Source: Nymphaea colorata (Eukaryota). From it: a stretch of 64,000 nucleotides of DNA. The translations under genes were made by a program, and so were the position numbers. Each line of letters begins with the position of its first letter. Within the stretch, counting starts at the first letter, position 1. The DNA is taken from NCBI RefSeq assembly GCF_008831285.2, contig NC_045138.2, positions 32,612,001-32,676,000 of the forward strand, given 5' to 3'. The notes beneath the pieces are model-generated. The model ran no database searches, had not been told where the DNA came from, and saw only the letters and a program-made list of their open reading frames with translations. Shown piece by piece: positions 48,930 to 63,844 of the stretch.

Positions 48930-51497
48930 TTTCATAGGTTTGACACGCAGGTTAAAAATATGCACGTAGAACAATTTTGAAGTATCAGCAATATTCATAC
49001 TTCTGATTGATTGATGCCTGAAAACACTCGTCTGTAACTTATTATTCAGGAAGATCTGTAATATCAATTCTTGATGGTTTTCTTGCATTATCTTTCTCAT
49101 TCTCAAATCTTTAGTGTCATTTCATGTGGTTTTCATAAAATACGCTGCCTTTGGAAGAGGAGGCTGTGGATGTATACGTCGAAGGAAATCATCCTAGCGT
49201 GGGTAGTTTGCAGAACAAACAGGTCCATTGACTCATCCGATGTGCTTTAGGAATCATCCTTCAGGGCCATAAAGCAGAGGTGGCAGTACCCAAGTCGGAG
49301 ATAAATTAACAGCAGCCGCTAACAGGACATGGAGAATATGTTGCTTTCCATATGGAATCGGCCTGAGTTGGGGTTTCAAAGTTTTTTCTTCCACAAGAAT
49401 ATTTTTTATTGTGAAGGTTTAAGGGGCGAAGACAGGCCGAATCGCCTGTTTTGCTGATTCAGACCAAGTATCAGCCAAATTTTCTCAAAGGTCACAGGCC
49501 CACGCATCGTATCCGGGCGAGGCTGGTATGAAATTTTAGTGGTTGGTATGAAATTGTAGTGGTCGAGCCGCTGTCGGTTAGGGTACACCGATCAGGATAG
49601 ATGAGTGGTGACACCTTGACTGGTGATCTCATCTGTAATCAGGCGTTGAAACTTTCTGATGGCAACAAATGAGTTTATATTTTAGAACGACTATTATCAA
49701 GCCCGTACAATCTAAGTCTAACCGGTGGCACTACCGCCTTGTAGGGTTGCAGGTGGCCAGTACTGTATTGGTCTACGTTTTGGAAGGAACAGATGTCCCT
49801 ACAATTAACAATATCATTCTTCGATAAACTATTGGTTACCGAAGAAATGATGTTACTCCAGTTTCCAAATGATGTTATCTTTGAGAAAGACTTGGTGGCA
49901 GAGGCTCACCCTTGTTACTAAGAAAACGATAAACCCCATAGAAAATACAAGCCTTTGCTAGTAACGGACGTTTGAGCGTGAATTCTGAGTCACTTGTTCC
50001 GTCTCAGTTGGGGATATGACATTGAAGTTGCAAGAGTGATGCAGAAGATTTGTATTATCTAAAATTTTGTTGTCATTTTGTTTCTAATTTCATCGCGTTA
50101 AAACTTACGAGAGATTGAGTAGCGTTAGTGTTTCGACTTGGTATGGAGCTATCCATTTCTACAAGCGCAATATCTGGTTTATGGATCCTGATATTTTTAA
50201 CTCAGGTTTTCCAGATCTGACCCGTTTGCGACCTTATGGAAGCCGGAAGGGGCATGGCCCCCTTTTCACTGTGGCAATCGTTACAGGTAAAGACAGTCGT
50301 AAAACGAAAGAACCTTTATCAGCCTGCCGTGGTGGGCCCGTCAAGTATTTTGTGTGTGGAAAAAGGTAAAGCTTCTATGCTTTTAGAGACTCGTGATCGA
50401 TCCAACAGATATCCGGATAGAGATCCATCTTGATGTGATACGACCGGATCCACATCCCTAGAATGCCAAGGGTAATAATGGAGAGTACCATTAAAACTGA
50501 ACATAAAAATGAACCTTATCCAGATCCAGAAAGAGATTGACGAGAATAGGGGTCTTATCCGATCCTTGCAAGGGACGGGATCAAGTTTTGTGCAAGCGTC
50601 CTAACGTGTATCGGGTTGAATTGGACATTTCGAGTTTCGATTCATGGACCAACCAAGTTTGGATTTGGACTTAGATTCGAACCACAAAGATCATTCCGCC
50701 AAAGGTAAATTTTGAACATTTTCATTTGGAGTCCCATACTTTGATCCAAATTCCAGTGAGGCGTCGAACGTTTCGAGTGTTGAAAATACCCGCTGGCTGA
50801 CCTCGACTCCTTTGTTGAATTTCTTTATCTATGACCGCAACTGGACCTCCAACGGTCCAACCCAATTAGCTAGGAACCTCTTTTTCTCGTTGTTGCGTTT
50901 CTCCTCTCCATGGACTTATCTTGACGTTGAACCTCGGGTCATTTGAAAAACAAATTGTGTAAGAAAAAAAATTCAGGTGGCTTTTAAAAAATGTTCTTAC
51001 CAGATTGATCACGTCAAAGTATATAAACAAATATTTTGAATGTGATGAATTTTTTTTTACACGAATCTTCTGTAATGATGCTATCTCAAATGTATGGTTA
51101 GGTGATCTCGAACTCAGTTACAGTATATATTTATGCAATATTGTTTTTACTATATCTGATAAAATGGCCTTATTGCAGTGTAATATACTCATATAATTAT
51201 GGCATGTTACATAAATATTGTAGGACAAATTTTGGTCTAAATGTGAAGATCGGAGTCAGATCCTATGTATGGAATGAAGATATGGTTCTAATATAACAAT
51301 AAGGCTAAAATTTCAAACCAATCTAACCGCCATACTAACTCTGCAAATTTGCATTGTGTGTGTGTGAGAACATTAGTAGCCTCATGTCATGGAAGAAAAC
51401 TTATCTCGAAATTAAAGAAAACAAGATTGATTCAGGCGCCTTTTGTTAAATCTAATGTTGGTCTGTTATATCTCGGCATGTGTTAGCACATAAATAT

Positions 51498-52124
51498 TAA
51501 GCCTGGGTGTCGGGCCGGGCTGCCATCGGGTACCCGGTATTCGGCCCAGTCGGGCCCAGGTTCGGGCCGAGAAAACCGGGTCTCGGGCCGAGCTCAGACC
51601 AGATGGTGCAGCTAGAGTCGGGCCGATAACTTGCAGATCTCCCTCTCTTACAGCTTCAGGCAGTGTCAACGGTGGGTGTCTAGTGGCGGTGTCTAGCAGC
51701 GACTCTGATGGGCAAGGGAGACAGTGCAACCCTCCGGTGGCCTCCCGTTGGATTTCGACGACCCTAAGCGGTCGGAGATTGGTCCTCCCATGGAGGACTT
51801 GGACTCGATGCTGCAGGAGCCGTCGCTCATGGCTCATCCGGTGGATCTTCAGTGAGAAGGACGATTCTGCCCCGCCTCAGTCGCTTCTATTACCGCAGAT
51901 GCCTGCTTAGGACCCAGGAGGACACCGTCATCGACTCCCAGATGCCCTTCACCGCTCACCCTCCCAGATGCTCTTCACCGCCACGAACCCCACCGGCATC
52001 AACAAGTGGGCATCGGGCCAGGCCGGGTCAGGCCTAGGCCCGACAAGCCGACCCGGGCCTGGGCTTCGGCCAGACGGGCAGACCCGAGCCGGGTCTTACT
52101 GGGCAGGCCCGATGCCCACCCCTA
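51498..52124. mobile_element. Non-autonomous hAT-type element (627 bp) with GC-rich gene-like interior
   Basis: Imperfect TIR TAAGCCTGGGTGTCGGGCC / GGCCCGATGCCCACCCCTA; 8-bp TSD ATAAATAT (51490-51497, 52125-52132). Confidence 0.85.
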
Positions 52125-53439
52125 ATAAATATCCAACAAAGTCATTACCAAGACAAATTATATCATTTCTTTTCCTTTTTTTTTTTTAAGAAAAAGAGAG
52201 TAAAGAACCGTAAGATAACCAACCACTTAATAGTCTCATCCAAGAAATAATCCTTGAGAAGAACAACACTCGAGAAAAGGAGATTCATGAACTATAGAGC
52301 TTGGACTTGATCTGGTGTCATCAGAGACTCATCCCTAGTAAAAAGATGGTTGCACAATCATTGTTAAATTGATAAATCGATCTCGTAATCAACCCAGTTA
52401 AATGAGTTTTTTGAGAAGAACCATAGCGACGAACGCGATATTATTAACAAACTAAGATGTGATAAAGAATTTTGGGCTAGTTTTTGGTATAAACAGAAAC
52501 TTTTCTTTATTATTATATTTTTTTTAAATTCTCCTCTTCCAAGTTATGGAGATGCCGCAAAGACTTTATTATAATAGTGATCGTCACGGTTTGCGTGTTC
52601 CTTTTTTTTTTTTTTTTGAAAATTAGGGCTTCTTTCTGTCTGGAGAATTTTTTAAGTTCTCCAAATAGAAAAGATATCGACAATTTCTCTGATTCGCTTA
52701 CTAACTGTTTGGTGATTTTCTCTCTCTCTATGCTTCATTCTCTCTATGCTTCATGTATGTTGGACTGTCGCTCTCTCTCTTTCTGCTTCATAGTTCTTGG
52801 GCGAGAAGTTAACAACCCTCGTCCGTTTTCCCTCATCGGAGGTAGGTTTTTTTCTGATAGTCCATCCAAGACAGCCTTGGGATACCGCGTTTAGTGCTTC
52901 CCGTCATCCCATGCTTCGACTCCGCAACCTGCAGCGGTGTAGATGCCTCTCGGTTTAGTCGGCCGGTCGTTCAGATTTTTGTTTATTTTGGTGAAAGAAG
53001 CTGTTAGATACTAATTCTGTGTATTTTGGCAATGAATCGTCTTTTTTCGAAAGCTATTTCTCTTGATTTCCTGTCTGTGAATAAACGGGTTCAGTTTTTA
53101 GGACCACCCTCGTCATCGACACAGCCAATTGTTGTGTTTTCTTGTGGGAGTTATTATTTTTCTTACCCACAAAAGAGAATGTAGAAAAGATGGAGTTCTT
53201 TTAAGTATTTGGTAGGACAGATGCGAAGATCTGGTGAGTTTTTTCACCCCCTCTTAACTTAAACTGTAGCTCGGAACTATACATTCTGACATTTAAGAAA
53301 GTTGCCGCTTTGTGGCTTTAGTTCCCTTTATCTATTCGTTTTGGGGAGATCAAAGTGGGTGTTGTAAAGTTCCTTTGGAATTGATCCTAGAGTACTCTGA
53401 CGAAGATTTTAGGATTTGGGTTATCTATTTTCTTGAGAA

Positions 53440-56400
53440 ATGAGCGGAAAGGAGATCAGGAAAGTTGGTGGGCACCACTCTGTGAAAGCTTTCGGTGATC
53501 GCCGATGGCTTGTTCCTTTCACTGCAACCTCGATGATCACGATTGTTCTGTTCTTGGTCGCCGTATTGGAGCTTTTTTCTGATCCGGATGGTGGGAATTC
53601 GCTGTCTCTTGATCTCGTAACATTCAACAGAAGAGAGGATTACAGTGGGTATTTCGTCGAGCCTGAACTAGTTAAGCCATTGTCCACGAGACGTGCCTTC
53701 GAAGCGCCAAGAATCGCCTATCTTGTCTCTGGAACGAAAGGTGATGGGCAGCGGATGAAGAGGATTTTGCAGGCTATTTACCATCCAAGGAATCAATATG
53801 TTGTACATTTGGATCTTGAAGCTCCTCCTAGAGAGCGTCTCGAGCTGACCATGTTTGTTAAGGGAGAAGCCGTGTTTCAGGAAGTGGAGAATGTGCACAT
53901 GATCGCTACCTCGAACTTGGTGACATACAAGGGGCCTACAATGATTGCTTGCACCCTTCATGCTATAGCAGTTTTGCTGAAGGAGGGCAAGGAGTGGGAT
54001 TGGTTCATAAATCTTAGCGCTTCAGACTACCCTCTTGTTCCACAAGATGGTTAGCATCTGTCTTTCTGATTCCTTGTTATACAAAGTGGTTACTATCTTG
54101 CAATAAAATCACGATTTGATAGTGTGCTTGTTGTTGTTGTTCTCTTTCTGTTCAAGCAACGCATGTGCTAGGCTGCAGGTTTCTTTGAGTTTTGGTTATC
54201 TTGCGTGTTCTTCTCAAGGTTCTTGTCTTGTACTCTGCTAGAAACATAAATATAATGAGCATATGAAGAGATGCAAAACACAGTTGCTAATGTGATCGGT
54301 TGGGCAGTTGATTAGGAAACATCATGCATATGCCTTTAGTTAAGTAGTTTATAATGTCGATTTAAATGTATTCTATTTTTACTTTGCTTGTTGCTTTTTC
54401 CCACGAAAGGAAACAGTTAGCAGCTAATCGTTAGTACTTGGCTTAGTGGGTAAAGTTGTCTGATGAATGTTATATTCATCCGTATATTCAATAGTTCACT
54501 TTATTACAAATCTCAAGATGATCTTGATAGACAAGAAATCAAATGAAAACCTCTCTTCTGAGGAAACATGGAAGATATACAGGAATTTACATACTTCTAC
54601 ATTTTACCAGCAGTATACTTTTCCAAAGATCCATAGGTCTTGAAGTTTTTGTTGCTATAGCTGGACCTGGAAAGCTTGTATAATGATGTTCTCAGTTTCT
54701 GTGCAGATCTACTTCATGCTTTGTCTAAGATGCCAAGGGATCTTAACTTCATCGAGAACACACTTCAGAATGGTTGGAAAGAGTAAGCTTAACTTTAAGA
54801 ATTTATGCTATCTTCCTACATGCTTCATTTTTTCTTGTTGGTCTACCTCAAGTATTTTTCTTTCAATGGGAAATCTTATGAATTTCTTTCAGGAATCAGA
54901 GAGCAAAACCTATTATTGTTGACCCTGGTCTGTACCTCTCCAAAAAATCTGAAGTATTTTGGACGTCTCAGCATCGACCTCTGCCAACAGCTTTCAAGTT
55001 ATTCACTGGTAAACTATTTATTGGGGTTGCTCAAGTTGGCTAGTTCGTTTGTTCACTATGTTTATAGGCATAAGAACAATACCTTTTTCCTTATCAATGT
55101 CTGTGTTGGCAATGTATTGATATACCAATTTTGCATGTCGTAGTAGGTTTCTATGTAAACTTCAAGAAAATATGGGCAATATTGTGGCATTCTTTTATCC
55201 AAAATATGATCCAGTATGAAAGATAGGAAAGAACATAACTGGCATTACACCCTTGCAGAAAGAGTATTTGGAACATAGAAATTTTAGGAATAATGTAAAA
55301 ACATATTTAATTTATGGAAACTAAGATAAACAAAACGGAAGTGTAAAAAGTAACAACAGGCAATTGCTTAGCTTATGAGAGTATCCATACTTTAGCGGCT
55401 TTACCTGTGTACATGTGAACTTGGACGGTTGGACCACTATCAAAACTAACTTTTTGTCATAATTAATAAGTAAAACTAATATCTAAAATTTTCAAAAGAA
55501 CGTCAAGGTTTTTGTTTGTAGAGTACAAGCAAGCTCTACCTTTTCTTCCCTCCGTGGTGTATACTTTGTCTTATTTGTGAAGCTCGGTTTGAGGGAGTGT
55601 GGTGGAAGCTGATCAGGAAATATGGATCCCAATTGAAAACTATCCGCAAATGTGAAGTTTGATATTTTGCAATGATGCCATGATAACTTTATGTTACTTG
55701 CGAAATAAAGTACCTTCCTTTTCATACATGTATATATGTATGCATATATGTTGTTCTTAAAGTATCCTAATAGACATTTTGCTCTTAGAAGTGTCTTAAT
55801 GTTATCATGGTATTATTGCAAAATAGCATAGCTCTCTGCTGGCTTCGCTGGTCAAGTGCCTCAGAATTTCATACTTTTCTTGTTTCATATAGTTTTTAAA
55901 CGACTAACAGAAAAAACTCCAAAACTGGTGATATTGACAGAGAAACACCCAACAACAGGCCTGAGCTACCTTTTACCTTTTGGCAGGAGGTTTACTATAA
56001 TAAGTTGCCTTTCTTCCCACTCCAGCTGCAGTAGAGTACCTGAACCTGAAGCTTCTGCTCATGCCCCTTACCTTATACTTATAGTAAGTACTTTGCTGTA
56101 GAAGAAAACAGACACACACTGAAACACATATACAGAATGTTCGCCACACCTGTAGGTTCAGGACCCCTTAGTTGAAATTCATTTTAAGCTATTTTTGCTG
56201 TCCCTTTAGCTGAAAGCTTGACTTTCTACTTCGATATGGTTGGGACTTGGAAGATATCTGTTTGGCAATAAGGTTACTAGATGTTGATTTGTAATTTCAC
56301 GAGCTCAAATACAAACCTTCATTTGGATTTTACATTGTACAGTGACCAAGTATTCTGTGCCCCATGTGTATATTAAGGATGTCTGTCAATCTTGTCTTCC

Positions 56401-57355
56401 AAGTAGGATAATCATTCTTCTTGAGCAACATTATCTCTCTTTGGATATACCGGGAAAAGCATGACATACTTCACTCATAAAGTCATCCCAACAGGACAGA
56501 AAGTACTAATTGCTCTTGTTTGATCCCTTCCCCAGGTTCAATGTTTTTGCCTGTCAACAATGCCATCTCTATTAGGCTATTAGTTCTCAATTTATTTCTT
56601 TTGGTTGCTGGGGAGGAAGGATGTTCCTTGTCCTAAAAAGTCTATATAAAACATAGGCTTGTAAAAACAAATGTTTCTTTGGCATACAGTAAAAGCATCT
56701 GTGCAGAAGAAGTCCATAATATCAACTCTAAAATTTTGATGGAAGATAAGCTGCTCTTTCTTGCAAGAACTCCAATTTCTTACAGTGCAACTAAACTTTT
56801 CTCACAGTTTTTTGGTGATATTTCACAGGATCTGCTTGGGTTATGCTCTCTCGGTCCTTTCTTGAATTTTGTATATGGGGTTGGGACAACCTTCCACGTA
56901 CAATTCTGATGTACTACACAAACTACATCTCCTCACCAGAAGGTTATTTTCATACTGTCATATGCAACTCAAAGGAGTTCTGCAGTACCACAGTAAACCA
57001 TGACCTGCATTACATTGCATGGGACAATCCTCCCAAACAACACCCTCTTATCCTGTCGGTCAAGAACTTTGATCTGATGGTAAAAAGTGGTGCACCATTT
57101 GCTCGCAAATTTGCTAAAGATGACCAAGTTTTGGATAAGATTGATAATGATCTCTTGGGTCGGAAAAACGGTCGTTTTACACCTGGAGCATGGTGTATTG
57201 GAAGTTCACAAGATGGAGCTGATCCTTGCATTGTGAAGGGTCGTGATTCGGAGTTCAGAGTTGGTGCGCGAAGCAAGAGTGTGGAAGATCTGCTTCATGG
57301 CCTCTTATCAACAAACGCTAGCAGAAATGGATGTTGTCATGCAGGTGTAACATGA
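53440..57355 (+). CDS. GT14 / core-2 I-branching family beta-glucuronosyltransferase (GlcAT14-like); exons 53440-54049, 54707-54782, 54893-55008, 56829-57355
   Basis: Type II TM anchor, PRIAYLVSGTKGD, YHPRNQYVVHLDLEAP, WDWFINLSASDYPL, DPGLY, FKLFTGSAW, GWDNLPR, SPEGYFHTVICN, APFARKF; splice phases consistent. Confidence 0.92.
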
Positions 57356-58954
57356 GAGTCAGAGCAGAGGCGTGGATGTAAGACATCAAGGGGTTCAACC
57401 TCTGGTACATCTGGGATTGATGTCTCTCCTTCTGCTGATCGATTGTCTTCTTTCTTAGATCTGCTCTACCGTCAGTTAGTGGGAAGCCATCTCAGAGGAC
57501 ATAACTTGGTGCCAGGTTTCTTTACTACCTTGTTTTTGTCTCAAACGTATTTGCTGCTTTTGCAGCACACCCTGTAATCTATATGTACTTAACAATGTCA
57601 TAAATGATTCATTTTACAAATGAACAATGTTTCTATGCATTTGTGGTACATATATAGTCCTCAGGTTACGTCTCCTAAGATGTGCCCCTCCTATGGTTTC
57701 TTTCATTGTTCTTAAGCTATTTTTCACAAATTTGACTACAGAGACGGATGTGAAATGGAGAAACGATAAGAACTAAAAGAACAATCATGAAAATCCGATG
57801 TTAAGACTAGATTTTATAAGCATAGAAATTAACACTTAACTTTTAAGACTTTAGAGAATCTCATTTGTACCGTTGGCTTTCATGATTTAATCCTTGAAAT
57901 TTGAATATTCTGCATTCATCTACCCAGTTGATTTATGGAAAATGACACTATTTGAAAGCAGCAGACTCTAGAGGATTGAGAAATGATTATCTGTCCTTAT
58001 TACACGCACACAGGTCTTACTTATTTCTTGCTAACAGGAGCGCCCTTAGGTTTAGAATATTAAAGATCTTCAATTTTGAGATTCACAGGTATGAAGGTCT
58101 GACCCTCCTTTTTCATGCTAACAGATGCTCCCTTAGATTTTCTCTGAATCTCATGATTTTCCAACTTTGAAATTCACATATATATATGATTAGACCCTCG
58201 CCTAGATTTCTGAAGTCAGACCTGAAAGTTTACATCACTTTTTAAGACGTCAATATAGAGAAGATCGGCACGACCCCCTTCACAAGGAGGAAACATAAAT
58301 TTAGCAAGTTTTACCACTAATTTATATGTCAGTTTCACCATAAAGGTCAAGTTCATTAGTTCGAACTGTTTTTGGTCAGGCATGAAGACATCCTTCCTGA
58401 TTCTTGCCCTCATTAGTGTTAGTTATCGCCAGTAAATTCATAATTTATGATCAAATTCATAATTTATGATCAACTTTAAGGGGGTTTGGCAGAGCTGGTT
58501 GAGCCTGCAGCTGGTAAGAGGTTGGTTTGATTCCCATGAGTGTCAACTTCTCCGACATGCCTTAGGAATTGAAGTACTTATCGCTGAGCAAGCAGCAATT
58601 TCTCAGCACAGGTGTGACTTGTTCGAGTAAAAACCTATAAAGAAAACAAAAAAAAAAAACCATGGATGATCGAATAAGTTGGACATAACCTACAGGTCTT
58701 GTAGGATACCACGTCGGTTCATTTGGTGGCAGAAGCCAAGTTTGGTAAAAAGTGTCAAATGGTCAAACAAAAGCCTCTCTCTCTCTCTCTCTCTGAGATG
58801 TCCACAGACACACGCGCGAGCGCATGTTAATTAACCAGCCACAAGATTACTGGTACTGCTTTCATTACTCTCATTCATCAGTTCATGCATGCTGTCCTGA
58901 AATGCTAGATTAAACGCATACATCCATGAAAGCTGAAAGTGAAACATAAGCTTT

Positions 58955-61119
58955 TCAATCAGCGGATGCCAACTTCATATAGCTCTTGGTAGTCGTTTCC
59001 TTGGAAAGATCAGTGTAATACCCTTTCTCTACACGGAGTCCCTCCTCACTCGCCAGCAGTTCAACCTCCCTCTGCACTTCTTTGTCACCAATCCTGTCTG
59101 GTTCCAGAAACATTGAGGCAATCTCCAGCTTATCTCCATGCAGTAGCGCAAGTGCCTGAACGCCGGGAAGGCCGCCGCCACGAGCACTCACCCTTCGCGC
59201 AATTGTGCGAACAAGATCGACGTCCTTCGTTAGTACTGGTATGTTGTAGTTGTCGACCCACGGGCTCGCCCCCACGAAGACGACGCCCTTGTCTTGGTCC
59301 ACACACTGTGGACCTTCATCTGGACTTATGGGGAGCACATTAGGCAGTGACCACCCTGCCCACTGATTGCCCATGAAATTCGGTGTGAAATAGTCCAGTT
59401 CCCTTCTTAGTGAGCTTAGAGCCCTTCCCTGTGGATCGGCAGCTTCATAGAGTAACACTGGTACTGCAGTATCATAATACATATTGTAATGGTTTATCTC
59501 TTTTATTTCCGCACTATTCCGAGATGAAGTCTCGGTGTACATTCTTATACGGTAAGCAAGAAGCAAGGTTGATTTCAGTGTTATGCCCACAACATGGAAA
59601 ACCGTGTACCCACGGTATAGAGGCATTTTCGTCATTTGGCATAGCTATTTTTGTCTACACATACCACTTTTGCCCTTATAGAGGAGGTACCTTTCATTAA
59701 GCAAATAGGGCATTTTAGTAAATTTTCAGCACATTTTTGTATTCGTAGGCAAAGGGTTTTTCGAATATTTACAGTTTCTAACAGTTTCAAAGGGGTTCAT
59801 GAGAAGTTCTTCAAAACACTTTAAACATGAAATTCATTTAAAAAAAAAAAAATCAAGGGAGACTCATGGCCTGCGTGGTTTAAAAATGGTTTGTTAATAT
59901 CAGTTTCCTGAAGTGTTTTGAATAATTATCGACTGATATGCAACGAGTTTTGCTTGAAACACAAAATGAAAGAAAGGGACCTTTCTGATATGCTGTGTGG
60001 TGTCTTGGCAGGGGCGGAACATATAAACAGTGCCCCAGACACACACCGCATCTTGTCGATCAAAAAAACGAAAAATGCCCAGAACTTGTCTCTGAGAACC
60101 ACTGGAATTGCTTACTGTCTAAGTATTTTATGTTCAATAAACTTAAAATAGGAGATGGGCTTAAAACCGATTTAGCCCAGATAGAAGTGCATATCTCGGT
60201 GTAACTTGGCCGACTCTGCGTTGAGATATTGCTTTACTGAGACAAGTTTGATCTTGGCTCAGACATGGCTCAAGATTTCAAAACTAAAAGAAACTGAATT
60301 TCTTTGTATCCTTTTTCTTTACTGAAAAAGAGGTTTTGTCTTCTGGTTTCAATCCTTTCCTACCATTCAATGAAACAGACATCAGAAACGGCCAGTGAGA
60401 AAAGACCAAGCTGAAGAACATGGAGCTCACACTACTAATTTTAACGGATATTTCCCTACCATTCAGCTTCCTTTTCTCACCTGAGGAACTAGCAGGTTGC
60501 GAGGACCTAGTGCAGGGAAAATGTATTCCCTTCCCACTTGATGAAACAAACAGCGCCCGAGTATTGTGAAGAACGGGAATAGTCCGGCTGCGGGTTCATT
60601 TTCTCAACGGATATTAATGAACCATAGCCATTAATTTGGTCTGCATTTTTCAGCAGGATACTGAAACCTCAGCTGGAGACAAAACCTGAAGCAGTGGCAG
60701 CGCTACTCACCATGAAGCCTGCCGCCGATGTCGGCGGCCACCAATTTGGCGAGGTTGGCCACTTCATGCAGTGTGGATTGCGCCAGCGGATGGAAGCTGA
60801 TGTGATCTACCACACCAACCCGTGGATGAGCCCCACATTGTGTTCCCAATTCTATGGTCTTGTAGGCTTCCTCTGCCATGGCAAACAAAGCTTGCCTTAG
60901 TGGGCTGTCAACCACACGGGCTTCATCTTCTTCAATCAGGTAGGAGACGATGGTGTATCGAGTTCGATTGTAGGCGTAATCAGGAAACTTCTTGGTGATG
61001 GTAGCTTGCGGATGATGGCCGGCAGCCCTCTCAATTGCTTCTAGCGCCGCGGCGTTTCTACCTTCTGAGATATAGAGCTTGCAGGCCGCCAGTTTGGAGT
61101 GCTTCATCTTCTTCTTCAT
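58955..61119 (-). CDS. Glutamate formimidoyltransferase (FTCD N-terminal domain)-like protein; exons 61119-60711 and 59463-58955 (possible extra 5' exon near 61710-61755)
   Basis: CKLYISEGRN, D.AYNR.RYT.VS, HPRVGVVDHISFHPL, VPVLLYEAA, GA.PWVDNYNIP, IARRVSARGGGLPGVQ; phase-1 intron. Confidence 0.88.
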
Positions 61120-63844
61120 GATTAACAAACAGAGGTGTCAGAAGATTTGATGCTAGTTGGGGAAATAAGAATGGGTGTTCTTGAAAACTGAAACTCAAAT
61201 AAAGAAAAAGTTCAAACCTCAAAACAAAACAAATTGGTCAAAATGAGGAAACAATCCGGATTTAAGTTCCTAGAGTTCAACAGGTTTCATCTATGTTGTG
61301 GGAGAGAACACACCATGTGTTTAGAAAGTCGGCCATCTAAGATATCCGAATGATGCCCCAACAATACAAGTTGGGCATTTCAGGAACCGCTGAAAAGGTG
61401 GGGAAATAATCCACTGACTTCTTGAAATCCACTTCCAGGGTTCAGAGAGAAGAATGCAAAAAGGGACCAAGGACAAACCGGTGAGTCTCAAATGCCACTA
61501 AATGAAGCTAAAACCGTGTGAGTCCACAGAACTTTTATAATTTTACGGTAAGCGATTAATATCAACAAAAGTTCAAGTTGCCCCAAAATGAAAATGCAAA
61601 ACTGCAGACATGTACATGTTGGCATCTGTAAATCGAAAGAAACGATGATATTTCTGAAAGATTTCCTAAAGCAGGCATGAGAGAGAAAGAAATTGGTGCA
61701 TTGACGTACCTTTGCTGTCTTGCCCTTCCCTCCTCTGCCTTTCTGCAAAGAGGCATCAGCTAGTAATGGATAACGCAGACGAAGCCCACTCCCTAAATGT
61801 AAAGCACTACAAAAGAATATTAAAATGAATAAAGAAAGAAAATGCAGGTAGGTTGCAGGCAAAACGAGACGAAGATATCACGAAAGCAAGAAGCACGAGA
61901 TTATTTTGGAACAGCACTGCAAATAGCATTTGTTCAAGCCACGTCAAGCGGGCCCGACCTTCATCATCACAGGGAGTTCCTACCCTCCCTCATACCGCTT
62001 TTAGCCCACAGATCTAGATACCTCTCGACAAACAGAAAGTTTGATTAGGAGCTGACCTGCTCTCTAATTCTAAAATAGTTTCTACTTCTTATTTTTACAT
62101 GATCTCTGATCAAAATCATGTTAGGGAAGCCAAGTACTTGTACTCCATCCTTTACGGTCAGTCCTGCTAACCATCTCATATGGCCTTTCAGTGCCGAACT
62201 CAAATGTGGGTGAACATGGTGACGAGCAGTGGCGGAGTTATGTTGTAGCTGGTGTGGGCAATTGTCCACCCCATCTCACAAAATTTACTTTATTTATATA
62301 TAAAAACTTCAACAATTATCAGTTTTTTTTTTTTGGCATATGAGTATCTCGCAAAATTTACTTCATTTATATATAAAAACTTCATCAATTGTCAGTTTTT
62401 TTTTTGGCATATGAGTGTTAAAGTTTAAAAATTTTAACTTAAATTATCGTCAGCCAAAAAAATTCTGGCTCTGCAAGAGGGTAGGCTTCAGAATCAATGT
62501 GAGGTACAACTTTAGATGGTTTCGCATCTGCTTTACCATGAAGGAGAAAATATTCAGAAACCAGGCTGCGTAACGATGCATTAGAAAGGTGAATTTGCTC
62601 TTCGTGTTCCACTGTTCCTCTTGTGGGCCTGTAAGAAGACAACCTCAAGGGTACCTAATCCATGGCCATTCTCAGCAGTTGTACTCTCTTTCTCTTTAAG
62701 TTAGACGCTGACATGCATGTGCATTCAACACTGCCAACGTGCAGTAAAGTGTGTGGTGCCTGATTGTCCACTTGTAATAAATAAACCACGTCTTGAATAG
62801 ATATTTTCCCCATTTTTTCAAGCCCACCCCAAAACGAAAGTCCCCCTTTTCTGGATCAAATTCTCTGAAAGTTCCATTGTCAAAACACGCATTCCAGGCA
62901 GTAGCCAGTGGACAGTAGATTGCCTCCAAATTCAAAACCTCATACTGTTTTGGCAGCTTCCTGAAATTTTTATTTATTTGGAGTCGTATCTATGTGCACG
63001 TGAAATTTGAAGGTGACTTTGGCTGAAGATTTAGATCTCATTCCTTTAACTAGATGGACCCGGTAAAATGTATCTTGAGAGAACTACTTATCCAGCTATT
63101 CTTGCCAGTGGATAGTAAATTGCCTCTAAATTAGGCATATCTGATTGTGACCTGTAATTCGTTTACAATATGTGTGACCTGAAGTTTTGGTCCAAGCTGC
63201 TTAACCGAATATCATTAAGTTTAGATTTTATTTTTAGGATGAACATCTTATGGTTGCCAACTGAAAATAGTTTTACAGGAAATTTGAAGCATTCGTACAA
63301 TATGGGCATTGAATCTCATATTTTTTCCTTGCTGGGTTTAATTTTGCCAGGTCGATTAACGTATTATTTGGTGGACTGCTGATGCTTCTGCAGGATGACC
63401 CACTGTCTTAAGTTCCAGCTGGACCAGTGGTTGATGAGGAAGGTCTGAGTCATTTTCCATGAATCAGAAAATGTTCTCTAACATAGATATATGTTAATAT
63501 AAGTTTCCGACAAAAATTAGTGACTGCAGTTTTTAATACAGAACCACAGTTGAACTTCCCATAAGTTTTCAATATCTTGATGAGCATATGAGCTGGGCTT
63601 GATTCTATACTTGCAACCGGGACCGATTTCATTTTTTCCGACCATTCGTTTTTGAGTTTATTAAATTTCATTGAACTATTGGAATGGTTTCCAGAGACTA
63701 CAATCTGTTAGGAGTTATTATGGGCCTGATGATGGCTTTGATGCAGACAAGAAATCGGAGCCCATGTCCATTCAGCAAGGATCTTGCTTACTATCGTCCT
63801 TATGTGAATACCGGTCTGACCTTGTTTTGGCCCTTAAAAGCTAA

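Noticed and set aside
1110..61119. Whole window as a biosynthetic gene cluster (ABCG + BURP + PLP enzyme + glycosyltransferase + formiminotransferase)
   Set aside because: The ABCG is frameshifted, and the GT14, YnbB-like and FTCD-like genes are widely conserved families with no sequence evidence of a link to the BURPs. Co-expression data would be needed.
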